DNA of 64,000 nucleotides from an uncultured Oligoflexia bacterium (lineage in GTDB: Bacteria > Bdellovibrionota > UBA1018 > UBA6935), in the NCBI GenBank assembly GCA_964013565.1, contig CAXGWU010000011.1, forward strand, positions 121-64,120, in the 5' to 3' direction. This document shows, piece after piece, positions 6,655 through 15,922 of this stretch (position 1 is the first letter of the stretch; each line of letters starts with the position of its first letter). The notes under the pieces are model-generated. The model did not search any database, had not been told where the DNA came from, and saw nothing but the letters and a program-made list of their open reading frames with translations. Both the position numbers and the translations under genes were made by a program.

Positions 6655-7845
6655 CTACTCCTCGTAAGTTAATATGTCTCTTCTTGCAACCGTCGAATAG
6701 TTTCTTAAAATTTCAATTCCAGGAAGTTTTCCAGACTCCAAAAACTCTAAAACAGCCCCGCCTCCGGTAGAAAGGTGAGTAAATTTTTGCGAAAGTCCAG
6801 CAGACCGAATGGCAGAAACCGTGTCTCCTCCGCCTACAATTTTAATTCCGTCATGTTCAGATAAGAATTTTGCAACTTCAAATGTTCCTTTTGCGTATTC
6901 TTCTTTTTCAAACCAACCAAGAGGTCCGTTCCAAAAAACAGTTTTTGCATTTTTAAGTTCGTCACAGAATTCTCTGATGGTCTTTTCTCCAATGTCGAAA
7001 CCATCAATGGTGTCTCGAGGAATAATGAGCGGGATTCCCTTTTTCTTCGCCTGAAAAATGACTTGATGAGCAGCTTCGATATCTTCAGAAGTTGGTTGTT
7101 TCGCTTTTTCAGGAAGGTCTTTATCCTTTGCCTTCCAAAAGGCATGAGCCATTGCTCCTCCGATGAGGAGTCCATCTAGATGAACCATCAATGATTCGAT
7201 CATTTTAATTTTATCACTGACCTTTGATCCTCCTAAAATAGCGTAAAAAGGTTTTTTAGGCTGATGAAGAAGAGGTTGAAGGTACTGGAGTTCTTTTTCG
7301 ATCAGAAAGCCATAACCTTTGTGAGCCATCGCTTCAGGAAGTCCATAAGTACTTGCATGCTTTCGGTGACAGGTACCAAAGGCATCGGTGACATAGACTT
7401 CTCCAAGTCGAGCAAGCTTATGTACAAAACGAGTTTCGTTTTCAGTTTCTTCTTTGTAAAAGCGAAGATTTTCAAGCATGAGGATTTGTCTTGGTGCGAG
7501 TTGGGTCACCATCAGTTCAATTCCTTCTCCAATGCAGTCATCTGCTAACAGAACTTCTTTTTCTAAGAGTTGTGCAAGATGGGTAGCTACAGGCTCTAAT
7601 GAAAAAGCACTGTTTTTTTCTCCTTTTGGACGTCCTAAATGAGATCCAATAATGATTTTTGCTCCCTGCTCAATTAAATATTCGAGAGTTGGAATTGCTT
7701 CTCTTATTCGGTTGTCGTCAGAAACAATCCACTGCTCTTCCCCTTCTTTTTCTAGAGGGACGTTAAGGTCTAAACGAACAAAAACTTTTTTATTTTTTAA
7801 ATCTAAGTCTTTTAATGAAAACAAAGAAGTATGATCTTTGGTCAT
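6655..7845 (-). CDS. pgk: Phosphoglycerate kinase
   Basis: 396 aa. N-terminal KKVFVRLDLNVP and conserved C-terminal STGGGA(V)LE. Confidence 0.92.
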   Translation of the reverse strand: MTKDHTSLFSLKDLDLKNKKVFVRLDLNVPLEKEGEEQWIVSDDNRIREAIPTLEYLIEQGAKIIIGSHLGRPKGEKNSAFSLEPVATHLAQLLEKEVLLADDCIGEGIELMVTQLAPRQILMLENLRFYKEETENETRFVHKLARLGEVYVTDAFGTCHRKHASTYGLPEAMAHKGYGFLIEKELQYLQPLLHQPKKPFYAILGGSKVSDKIKMIESLMVHLDGLLIGGAMAHAFWKAKDKDLPEKAKQPTSEDIEAAHQVIFQAKKKGIPLIIPRDTIDGFDIGEKTIREFCDELKNAKTVFWNGPLGWFEKEEYAKGTFEVAKFLSEHDGIKIVGGGDTVSAIRSAGLSQKFTHLSTGGGAVLEFLESGKLPGIEILRNYSTVARRDILTYEE

Positions 7846-7847
7846 GA

Positions 7848-8861
7848 CTAAATTCCTTGTTGAACGATATGACGAGTTAAATCAAGCATTCGTTGAGAAA
7901 ACCCAGATTCATTGTCGTACCAAGAAAGAACTTTTACCCAATTTCCAGTAACTACAGTGGTAAAGAGGCTGTCAATCGTTGAGCTATGAGTGTTCCCATT
8001 ATAATCGATCGAAACCAAAGGATCAGTGCTATAGCCTAAAATACCCTTCATTGAACCTTCGCTTGCAGCTTTAAATGCATCATTGACTTGTTCAATGTTA
8101 ACCTCTTTATTGAGTTCACCAACAAAGTCCACCATAGAGACATTAGGAGTAGGGACTCGAACCGCCATACCATCTATTTTTCCAGAAAGATGAGGAAGGA
8201 CAAGCCCAACAGCTTTTGCAGCTCCCGTGGTTGTTGGAATCTGAGAAAGAGCTGCTGCTCTTGCTCTTCTTAGATCTGAGTGTGGAAGGTCTAAAATTCT
8301 TTGGTCATTGGTATAACTGTGAATGGTGGTCATCGTTCCACGGTTGACTCCGAAGGCATCATCTAAGACTTTGACCAGTGGAGCAAGGCAATTGGTCGTA
8401 CACGACGCATTTGAAATTACAAAGTGTTTTTCAGGAGAATAATCCGTATGGTTCACTCCCATACATAGAGTTGCATCAGGTTCTTTCGCCGGTGCAGAAA
8501 TAATGATTCGTTGGGCTCCTGCCGACAAGTGTGCAGAAGCATCTTTTTTGTGAGTAAAACGACCGGTACATTCGTGAACGATCTGAACACTTTGATCTTT
8601 CCAACCCAGTTTTGAAGGATCTGTTTCACGACTTACAGAAATCGTTTCACCATTAACAATGAGGGCATTTCCATCAGTACGAACGTCGGCATCTAAGGTC
8701 CCATGAGCTGAATCATACTTAAGGAGATGAGCAAGGGTTTGAATGTCTCCTAAATCATTGATTCGAGAAATCTTTAATTGAGGATCTTTGAGAGCTAAAC
8801 GCAGGACTTTTCGTCCAATTCGGCCAAAACCATTTATTCCAATATTTGTTTGATGAGTCAT
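7848..8861 (-). CDS. gap: Glyceraldehyde-3-phosphate dehydrogenase
   Basis: INGFGRIGR NAD-binding motif and SNASCTTNCLAP active site. The ATG at 8861 is preferred; the tracked ORF begins at a TTG at 8867. Confidence 0.92.
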   Translation of the reverse strand: MTHQTNIGINGFGRIGRKVLRLALKDPQLKISRINDLGDIQTLAHLLKYDSAHGTLDADVRTDGNALIVNGETISVSRETDPSKLGWKDQSVQIVHECTGRFTHKKDASAHLSAGAQRIIISAPAKEPDATLCMGVNHTDYSPEKHFVISNASCTTNCLAPLVKVLDDAFGVNRGTMTTIHSYTNDQRILDLPHSDLRRARAAALSQIPTTTGAAKAVGLVLPHLSGKIDGMAVRVPTPNVSMVDFVGELNKEVNIEQVNDAFKAASEGSMKGILGYSTDPLVSIDYNGNTHSSTIDSLFTTVVTGNWVKVLSWYDNESGFSQRMLDLTRHIVQQGI

Positions 8862-8897
8862 ACCCAAGGGTATACTTCCGCTGAAGTCTCAAGGAAA

Positions 8898-8925
8898 GAA
8901 AAACTCGCTCGTTTTCTTTTTTTTT
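8898..8925. terminator. Hairpin plus T9 tract between the saccharopine-gene pair and the gap promoter region
   Basis: gaaaaac-tcgctc-gtttttc followed by ttttttttt, read on the plus strand. It sits downstream of the minus-strand gene ending at 8943, so it may act bidirectionally or mainly for that gene. Confidence 0.3.
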
Positions 8926-8942
8926 AAAGTCGACTACTCAAC

Positions 8943-10049
8943 TCATTTAAGGCCAAGTGCGCTAAACCAGCGTTCGATTTCTATAGGATCTTCTGGAGCT
9001 CCTTGAACACCTGGTTTTGCTCTTCCTTCGATGATCATCTCGACGCCGAGTGTAGCGGGGAGAGAAACCAGTTTAGCCATTGCAGAGTGGCTCGGAGGGC
9101 CTGATTCGTCTAAAAAATGACTACTTTTCCACAGCGTGGTTTCTTTCTTTTTAGCTTCAATTTCGACAAAAAGAACGACGCGATCGAGTTCGTTTTCTTG
9201 ATATCGGTATTTCTCCCAAAGTTTATCACTTAGTATTTCAAGTTCTTCGATGGGAGAATGTTCGACGGTGTCAAAGACCGAAGCGGAAGTCCATGCATCA
9301 GACCAGCCTTTTAGCCTTAAGGTTCCTCTGCAAAAGTGTTGAATATTCCACTGAGGATCAAAATGATATTCTTGCTGGTAGGGAAGAGAGTTTCTGTTGG
9401 GGTAAACTTCGAATGTTTCACCCTCAATTTCAAAGTTCCACAGGTTTTTCCATGGGGTTGAGGTAGAGATTGCTTTTCCTGAGTCAACATACGAAGCAGG
9501 AGTTTTTAATGCTCTGAGAACACCTACAGGAGACCAGCTAAATTTGTATTTAAACTCATTTGGGACTTTTGGAAATCCTCCGCAGTAGGACCGGAAGTAA
9601 AGTTCTGCAGAAGGATCAAAGGCAGAACTATTTTTCCATTGAGCAACTAAATGGTGCGCCATGAGATGATCAATTCCTGGGTCGAGTCCAACTTCATTAA
9701 GGAAAGTCAGTCCAAGTGTTTTTGCGTCAGAGTCCATCGACTTCATTGCGTCTGAAAGATAGCTTGTTGAAACGAAATGAGCTTGTTTTTTTAAGCAGAT
9801 TTTTGCGATTTCAGGGTGCATGGGAGCAGGAAGCATAGAAACGACAATATCTTCAGCGCCCAATGATTTTTCAAAAGAAGCGAGATTAAAGCTTTTAGTT
9901 TTTAGCCCTTCCCGTTCAAAACCGGAAATGACCTGATCTGCTTTTTCAATCGTTCGATTCCACAGAGTGAGCGGGTAAGTTGTTTGAGCGAGTCGTTGAA
10001 TTCCAGGTCCTGCAGAAAGTCCGGCTCCGATCCAGTGAATAGTGTTCAT
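8943..10049 (-). CDS. Saccharopine dehydrogenase family protein (LYS9-like, NADP-type Rossmann N-terminus)
   Basis: N-terminal IHWIGAGLSAGPG dinucleotide-binding motif. Length (368 aa) and overall layout fit the Sacchrp_dh family. Confidence 0.55.
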   Translation of the reverse strand: MNTIHWIGAGLSAGPGIQRLAQTTYPLTLWNRTIEKADQVISGFEREGLKTKSFNLASFEKSLGAEDIVVSMLPAPMHPEIAKICLKKQAHFVSTSYLSDAMKSMDSDAKTLGLTFLNEVGLDPGIDHLMAHHLVAQWKNSSAFDPSAELYFRSYCGGFPKVPNEFKYKFSWSPVGVLRALKTPASYVDSGKAISTSTPWKNLWNFEIEGETFEVYPNRNSLPYQQEYHFDPQWNIQHFCRGTLRLKGWSDAWTSASVFDTVEHSPIEELEILSDKLWEKYRYQENELDRVVLFVEIEAKKKETTLWKSSHFLDESGPPSHSAMAKLVSLPATLGVEMIIEGRAKPGVQGAPEDPIEIERWFSALGLK

Positions 10050-11188
10050 GAGTGCTCCAGGGGTTGTGTTTCTTCTGATGAAGAACCTTTTTTTGAAAGT
10101 CCTATTGTTTTTATTTTTTCGATAAATAAGTCTTCAGCTCTTTTCCAAACGGAAGATCCTGTCTTTAAATCAAGAAGGTGAGGGAGAAGCTGTTCTGCAA
10201 AATCTTCACTGCTTTCTCTTGGAAGAAGTGAGGGAAGGTGATCAATTGCAATTAAATCCAGAGGATTGTTTCCATTTACAATTCGAAGCGTGGGTTCATC
10301 AAAAGTAGTAATTCGATTATAAATAGGAAGTGGGTTATGAGGACTATTGGGGTCACAGCTCACATCACAAATGACTTGAAGGTTTCGGACAATGGATGCG
10401 GTTAGGTCATGAGTTAAAAAAGGAGGTGTTCCATCTTTGAGATAAACGCAATTGACAAAAATATCGAAATCTAAAATTTCTTCAAAAGGCCCACCTTTTT
10501 CTGTTTCCGCAAGATCCCACCCTGTTGCTTGCAGTCCAACTTTTTCGATGACTTCCATTGCTCCTTTTCCGCATCTTCCTTTAGAGCCAATGATAAGAAC
10601 TCGAGGTTTGCGACCAAATTTTTTTTCTGCACTTTCAAGTCGATCTTTCAGATGAAAAATAAGTTGTTCTTGTTTAGAAAAAGGAGTCATTTTAGGGAAT
10701 TGTTCTTCGCTTCCATGAATTTGTCGGTATGCCCACACATCAAGCGCGGTTGCGCATCCAGCAAAACCGGCCCAATGACCAAATGCAGCGACTCGTCTTC
10801 CTGTTTCATCGGTGAGAAATTCGAGATCGTAAAGTGTTCCGTCTCCTTTGACAAAACGGGCAAGAACCTCTTGCCATCCACTTTGTTCTTTATAAGCATG
10901 AGCAAAATAGATGTGGCGATGAGTCAGTGGGGTTTCTTCTTCGGGAAGTTCTTTTAGTCCTAGAATAAAAGCTTCTTTGGGGGCTTGACGCCAACTTCCG
11001 AACGAGGCATTTTTACATCCGACCTTTTGATATTCGGCATCGTCAAAAGCGCGGTTTTTTGAAGACTCAACAGTGACTTCAAATCCTGCGTTGATGAGCG
11101 TTTGAGCAGTTTGAGGAGGCAAAGCCGTCCTTTGCTCATTGAGTTTTGTTTCTGCGCGTAGCCAAATATGAATTTTATTTTGGGTCAT
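10046..11188 (-). CDS. Saccharopine dehydrogenase (L-lysine-forming, LYS1-like) / AlaDH-PNT family protein
   Basis: IWLRAETKLNEQRTALPPQTAQTLINAGFEVTVE matches the LYS1 N-terminal signature. Central GSKGRCGKGA nucleotide-binding loop. The gene overlaps the downstream LYS9-like gene by 4 nt. Confidence 0.55.
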   Translation of the reverse strand: MTQNKIHIWLRAETKLNEQRTALPPQTAQTLINAGFEVTVESSKNRAFDDAEYQKVGCKNASFGSWRQAPKEAFILGLKELPEEETPLTHRHIYFAHAYKEQSGWQEVLARFVKGDGTLYDLEFLTDETGRRVAAFGHWAGFAGCATALDVWAYRQIHGSEEQFPKMTPFSKQEQLIFHLKDRLESAEKKFGRKPRVLIIGSKGRCGKGAMEVIEKVGLQATGWDLAETEKGGPFEEILDFDIFVNCVYLKDGTPPFLTHDLTASIVRNLQVICDVSCDPNSPHNPLPIYNRITTFDEPTLRIVNGNNPLDLIAIDHLPSLLPRESSEDFAEQLLPHLLDLKTGSSVWKRAEDLFIEKIKTIGLSKKGSSSEETQPLEHS

Positions 11189-11222
11189 TATTTGCGTTTA
11201 ACGTTCTTGGGGGGAAAAAGCA

Positions 11223-12428
11223 ATGACTGAAGCAACACATTCATTTTGGTTAGATGTACCACTAAAGACTGGATTAAAGGAAGGACTTCCTCAGTCGACC
11301 AGTATTGTGGTTATTGGTTCAGGACTTGCTGGGGCGAGTGCTGCTTATTTTTTAGAAAAACATGGTTTTGAGGGAATTACGCTCGTAGATTATCTTCCCG
11401 AAGAGGCTGCTTCTTATCGAAACTGTGGTCATATTCTTTATGGAACTGTTGAATCAATGAAGGCACTTTGTGAGATTCATGGGGCAGAAAAAGCTAAGGA
11501 ATTGTGGCAGTTTTCAATCGATATTTGTAATCAAGTTGAACAGACTCAGAAAGACTTATCTTTGGAGATGGACTATCGAAGAAAAGGCTATCTGGTGATT
11601 GCAGACTCTGAAGTTGAAGATCGGGAATGCCGAGAATCTGTGGACTTGTTGAATAAAATGGGATTTCAATCTGAATATGTGGATTCAAAAACAATTCAAG
11701 ATTTGGGATTTAAAAATTGTTTTGGAGCTCGGTATGAAGAAGGATCTGCTGACGCTCATCCTGTAAAATTTAGAAATGGTTTAGTAGATGCTTTTTTAGA
11801 AAAGGGAGGTCAGTACTACTCTGGCGTTGAGGTTTTGGATTTAGAAGAAACTTCTGATGGTGTGCGAGTAAAGACCGCTCAAGGAGAGATTCAAGCAGAT
11901 GCGGTAGTGATTGCGGCAAATGCTTATTCTCCTTTATTCTCTGGTTTTTTTAAATCCAGAGGATTGATTGATCCTTTTCGAGGTCAAATTATTACTTCAA
12001 AACCCTTAAAGCACTCTTTTCCAGTTCAATATCCTCATTCTTTTGATCATGGATACGAATATGCCGTAGTGACGCCTGATAATCGTTTAATGATTGGGGG
12101 ATGGAGAAATCATACAGATGGAGAGATGGGAACTTATTCTTTAAAAACAAATAGTTTTGTAGAAGAGGGACTGAAGAAATTTGCTCGGGATCATTATCAG
12201 ATTGAAGAAGAGATTGAATGGGAGTATAGCTGGTCTGGCATCATGGCAGCGAGTCGAACAGGGCTTCCGTTTATAGGAAACACGAGTTCTCCTCGGATTT
12301 ATTCCGTTTGTGGATTTACTGGGCATGGGTTCTCTTGGGCTCATGGGTCTGCCAAGCTTTTATCAGATATTATGGCTGGAGCACCGGTTCCAGAAGTAGC
12401 GAAGCATTTTAATCCTCGGGTGTTATGA
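11223..12428 (+). CDS. FAD-dependent oxidoreductase (DAO family; sarcosine/pipecolate-oxidase-like)
   Basis: VVIGSGLAGASAAYFL Rossmann motif near the N-terminus. 401 aa. Divergent from the saccharopine genes. Confidence 0.65.
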   Translation: MTEATHSFWLDVPLKTGLKEGLPQSTSIVVIGSGLAGASAAYFLEKHGFEGITLVDYLPEEAASYRNCGHILYGTVESMKALCEIHGAEKAKELWQFSIDICNQVEQTQKDLSLEMDYRRKGYLVIADSEVEDRECRESVDLLNKMGFQSEYVDSKTIQDLGFKNCFGARYEEGSADAHPVKFRNGLVDAFLEKGGQYYSGVEVLDLEETSDGVRVKTAQGEIQADAVVIAANAYSPLFSGFFKSRGLIDPFRGQIITSKPLKHSFPVQYPHSFDHGYEYAVVTPDNRLMIGGWRNHTDGEMGTYSLKTNSFVEEGLKKFARDHYQIEEEIEWEYSWSGIMAASRTGLPFIGNTSSPRIYSVCGFTGHGFSWAHGSAKLLSDIMAGAPVPEVAKHFNPRVL

Positions 12429-12446
12429 GAGGAAGGGTTTGAGTAA

Positions 12447-14663
12447 GTGACGACAAAAAAGAAAACTGTTGCCAAAAAGAAGAAAACGACGACAAAAAAA
12501 ACGTCTGTTTCAAAGAAAAAAACAACCACAAAAAAGAAGGCAGTAAAGAAGAAAGCCGTTTCTAAAAAAACAGCGGTTGGATCAACTAAAGACACCGTTT
12601 CAAAAAAGACAGTTGCAAAGAAAACCGTCGCAAAAAAAACACTTCCAAAAGAAGAGTTAAAGAAAAGAGAGCCTGTAAAAAACAGCGCATCTGAAAAAAA
12701 AGATTCTTCCAAAGTGAGTATGAAGCCAATGGAGAGAACTGAAACTTCTCAATATGTAGCATCAGAAACAGAATCTTACCCTAAAAAGAGACCCATTCAT
12801 TCTGAAGGTTTTTCAAAGAAACCCTGGAACCCTCGACGACAAGATAGAGATTTTCAACCGAGATCTTTTCAACAAAAAGAGGGTTACTCTAAAAAGACAT
12901 TTCATCATAAAAAGAAAAATGGGAATCAAAAGTTTAAATCAAAGCACCCAAACCAAAAGAATAAAAACTTTAATAGAAAAGGCGATGTGAATGGAAATGT
13001 TCTTCCAGGAGTTAAAACAGCTTCTGCAGTAGTTTTTCAGCAGCCGTCACGTTATCGAAAAATGTTAGAGCTCCTAGAGCAAATTTCTGAATATATGAAA
13101 TTGGCAGGAGAGAATCCATTTAAAATCAAGGCATTTGATAAGGCTTATTCTATTCTTTCTGAAAGAAAAGATGCAATGGACCGAATCAATGCAGGGACAT
13201 TGATGGAGTTAGATGGAATTGGAAAAGGAATTAATGAAGTCGTAACCGAATTTGTGAAAACCGGAAAAAGCACCACTTTAACTGAACTTCAAAAAGGGCT
13301 TCCCGAGGGGCTCGTTGAATTAGTTAAAATTCCAGGTTTAGGCCCAAAAAAAGCAATGACGATTATCGAAGAGCTTTCAATAAAAACCATTGGTGAACTT
13401 GAGTATGCTTGTAGAGAGAATCGTTTACTTAAGATTAATGGGTTTGGTGAAAAGGTTCAGGAAAAAGTTCTTCAAGGAATTACTTTTTTGAAATCAAGTG
13501 AAGGCAAAATAAAGTGGATCGACGCAAAACCTATTACGGGGGAGTTGCTTGGAGCGATTGATCGAGCCACTGGAACTCGTGTTGAGGTTGCAGGTCAATT
13601 TAGAAGAAAGCTCGAGGTGATTTCTGAATTTGATTTTGTACTCGAAGGAGATGAAGAAGATTTAGAAAAGGCAAAAGAAGCAGTTGATCAATGGAAGTAT
13701 CAAACGCGTAGGAAAACTCCTGTAAATATTCATTTGGCGACTGCAGATAATTTTGGAAGTGAATGGGTGAAGCGAACTTCTTCAGAGGATCATTGGAAGG
13801 CCTATGATGGAGACAAAATTCAAGCAGCTAGTGAACCTGAGTTTTATAGAGAGCTTGGGCTTGAGTGGGTTTCTCCTGAAATGAGAGAAACGTCTGAAAC
13901 AGTTCAATTAGCAAAATCGGGAGAGCTTAATGAAGTGCTTCCTACCAATGGGATTAGAGGTGTTTTTCATACCCATACCACTGCTTCGGATGGGGCAAAT
14001 ACTCTTGAGGAGATTGTCGAAAAAGCCTACGAGCTTGGATATGAATTTATTGGAATCTCAGATCATTCACAAAGTGCTTTTTATGCACAAGGCTTGTCCG
14101 AAGAAAAGTTAAAAGAGCAGAAAAAGGAAGTGGATCGTGTTCAAAGACTGTACCCAGACATTCGTATTTTTTGGGGAATTGAAAGTGACATTCTGAAAGA
14201 TGGTTCTTTAGATTATCCAGATTCAATTCTCAAAGAGTTTGATTTTGTAATTGCCTCGGTTCATTCAAGATTTGGAATGGATGAAGAAACAATGACTCAA
14301 AGAATGGTTCAGGCAATTCGAAATCCTTATACCCGAATGATTGGTCATATTTCTGGTCGTCTTATTTTAGGGAGAGATGAGTATCCAGTAAATATGGAAA
14401 CTCTTATCGAGGAAGCTGCAAAGCATGATGTCGCCATTGAAATTAACGCAAATCCATCCCGCCTTGATATTGATTGGAGATGGGGCCCAACGCTAAGAAA
14501 ATATGGAACCTTAGTTTCAGTCAATCCAGATGCACATGACTTAAAAGGATTAGAGGATACTCATTATGGTGTCGTTGTTGCTCGAAAGGCATTGATTCCT
14601 CAAAGTAAAGTCATCAATGCACGTTCGATTGATGAAGTAGAAAAATGGCTCAAAAGAAAATAG
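12447..14663 (+). CDS. polX: DNA polymerase X family protein with C-terminal PHP domain and an N-terminal ~200-aa lysine-rich histone-H1/AlgP-like tail
   Basis: GTG start. Residues 1-200 are K/T/A/V-rich repeats (KKKTTTKK, KKTVAKKT…). Pol beta-like HhH motifs then follow (GIGKGINEVV, IPGLGPKKAMTIIEEL). PHP signature GVFHTHTTASDG…ISDHS is present. Confidence 0.75.
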   Translation: MTTKKKTVAKKKKTTTKKTSVSKKKTTTKKKAVKKKAVSKKTAVGSTKDTVSKKTVAKKTVAKKTLPKEELKKREPVKNSASEKKDSSKVSMKPMERTETSQYVASETESYPKKRPIHSEGFSKKPWNPRRQDRDFQPRSFQQKEGYSKKTFHHKKKNGNQKFKSKHPNQKNKNFNRKGDVNGNVLPGVKTASAVVFQQPSRYRKMLELLEQISEYMKLAGENPFKIKAFDKAYSILSERKDAMDRINAGTLMELDGIGKGINEVVTEFVKTGKSTTLTELQKGLPEGLVELVKIPGLGPKKAMTIIEELSIKTIGELEYACRENRLLKINGFGEKVQEKVLQGITFLKSSEGKIKWIDAKPITGELLGAIDRATGTRVEVAGQFRRKLEVISEFDFVLEGDEEDLEKAKEAVDQWKYQTRRKTPVNIHLATADNFGSEWVKRTSSEDHWKAYDGDKIQAASEPEFYRELGLEWVSPEMRETSETVQLAKSGELNEVLPTNGIRGVFHTHTTASDGANTLEEIVEKAYELGYEFIGISDHSQSAFYAQGLSEEKLKEQKKEVDRVQRLYPDIRIFWGIESDILKDGSLDYPDSILKEFDFVIASVHSRFGMDEETMTQRMVQAIRNPYTRMIGHISGRLILGRDEYPVNMETLIEEAAKHDVAIEINANPSRLDIDWRWGPTLRKYGTLVSVNPDAHDLKGLEDTHYGVVVARKALIPQSKVINARSIDEVEKWLKRK

Positions 14664-15295
14664 ATCCAGATCTTCTTCGAATGAAGCGGATTTTAAAAGC
14701 ATTAAAAAAAGAGTATCCAGAATCAAAGTGTTCCCTTTATTATGAAACACCCTTTCAGTTGCTTGTTGCGACTATTTTATCCGCCCAATGTACGGATGCT
14801 AGAGTCAATCAAGTCACTCCAGTTCTTTTTGCTCAATACCCCGATGCATACTCGATGAGTCAAACAACACAAAAAAAAATAGAAAAAATCATTCGATCGA
14901 CGGGATTTTATCAATCCAAGGCGAAGTCTTTACTTTCGACATCAAAAGATCTTGTTGAGTTTCATGGTGGAGAGGTTCCTAAAGATCTTGATGCGCTGAT
15001 TGAGCTTCGCGGTGTTGGCAGAAAAACTGCAAATGTCGTTTTAGGGGAGGCTTATGGTATCCCTGGATTAGTTGTTGATACTCATGTTGGAAGAATTTCT
15101 CGAAGAATGGGGTTTACTGATGCAACCAATCCCGTGATTGTTGAAAGGGAAATGATGGAGATTGTTCCCAAAAAAGACTGGGTGATCTATTCTCATCTTT
15201 TAATTGATCATGGTAGGGCGGTTTGTACTTCAAGAAAAGCAAAGTGTGATGACTGTGTTTTTTGGCAGGATTGTCCTAAAATAGGAGTTTCTTAG
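14645..15295 (+). CDS. nth: Endonuclease III
   Basis: HhH-GPD region LVATILSAQCTDARVN. C-terminal CTSRKAKCDDCVFWQDC 4Fe-4S cysteine cluster. Confidence 0.9.
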   Translation: MAQKKIDPDLLRMKRILKALKKEYPESKCSLYYETPFQLLVATILSAQCTDARVNQVTPVLFAQYPDAYSMSQTTQKKIEKIIRSTGFYQSKAKSLLSTSKDLVEFHGGEVPKDLDALIELRGVGRKTANVVLGEAYGIPGLVVDTHVGRISRRMGFTDATNPVIVEREMMEIVPKKDWVIYSHLLIDHGRAVCTSRKAKCDDCVFWQDCPKIGVS

Positions 15296-15349
15296 TCTAG
15301 TTTTTGATGGAGGGTTTCTATTCCATGAAAATTAGGGTAAAGGTGGGGC

Positions 15350-15586
15350 ATGACACCTGATGAACTTAAAATACGATTAGAAGCGCTTGGGCCAGATACT
15401 CAAGTAGAAGTGGATGACTTGACTGGCACCCAGAATCACTATCAAGCGACGATTGAGTCTTCTGTTTTTGAAGGAAAGAGTATGATTCAACAACATCAGA
15501 TGGTTTATGCTCTCGTAAAAGAAGAGATGGCTTCAAATGAAGTTCATGCTTTGAGTTTAAAAACTTCAGTTCCAAAAAAAGGATAA
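15350..15586 (+). CDS. bolA: BolA-family protein
   Basis: 78 aa with the BolA-like layout: LEALGPDTQVEVDDLTGTQNHYQATIESSVFEGKSMIQQHQMVYALV. Confidence 0.65.
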   Translation: MTPDELKIRLEALGPDTQVEVDDLTGTQNHYQATIESSVFEGKSMIQQHQMVYALVKEEMASNEVHALSLKTSVPKKG

Positions 15587-15590
15587 TTTT

Positions 15591-15920
15591 ATGATGAATG
15601 ATCAAACAAAAACTAAAATTGAGTCTTTTATTTCTTCTAAACCAGTGGTCCTTTTTATGAAAGGATCCCCTGAGTTTCCGATGTGTGGATTTTCAGCTAA
15701 AGTTGTTGAACTTTTAGCTTCTACAGGAATGGATAGGAATCAATTAGCATCTTTAGATGTTCTTGAGGATCCAGAGGTAAGAGAAGGAATTAAAGAGTTT
15801 TCTTCTTGGCCGACTCTTCCTCAGCTTTATGTAAAAGGACAATTTATCGGTGGATGTGACATCGTAATGGACCTTGCAGAAAAAGGTGAACTTTCAGATC
15901 TTGTCAGTGAGTTTAAATAA
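15591..15920 (+). CDS. grxD: Monothiol glutaredoxin (Grx4/GrxD type)
   Basis: PVVLFMKGSPEFPMCGFS active-site motif (CGFS). Canonical BolA partner. Confidence 0.85.
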   Translation: MMNDQTKTKIESFISSKPVVLFMKGSPEFPMCGFSAKVVELLASTGMDRNQLASLDVLEDPEVREGIKEFSSWPTLPQLYVKGQFIGGCDIVMDLAEKGELSDLVSEFK

Positions 15921-15922
15921 TT

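Noticed and set aside
6809-7834. Several 60-113-aa ORFs on both strands inside pgk (6809-7054+, 6834-7175-, 7264-7548+, 7652-7834+)
   Set aside because: They lie entirely within the well-supported pgk coding sequence, in other frames, and have no motifs. Spurious.
12341-12712. 123-aa minus-strand ORF rich in Phe (…VFFATVFFATVFFETV…)
   Set aside because: It is the antisense reading of the AAA/AAG-rich sequence encoding the lysine-rich tail of the PolX gene. It is a shadow ORF and not a gene.
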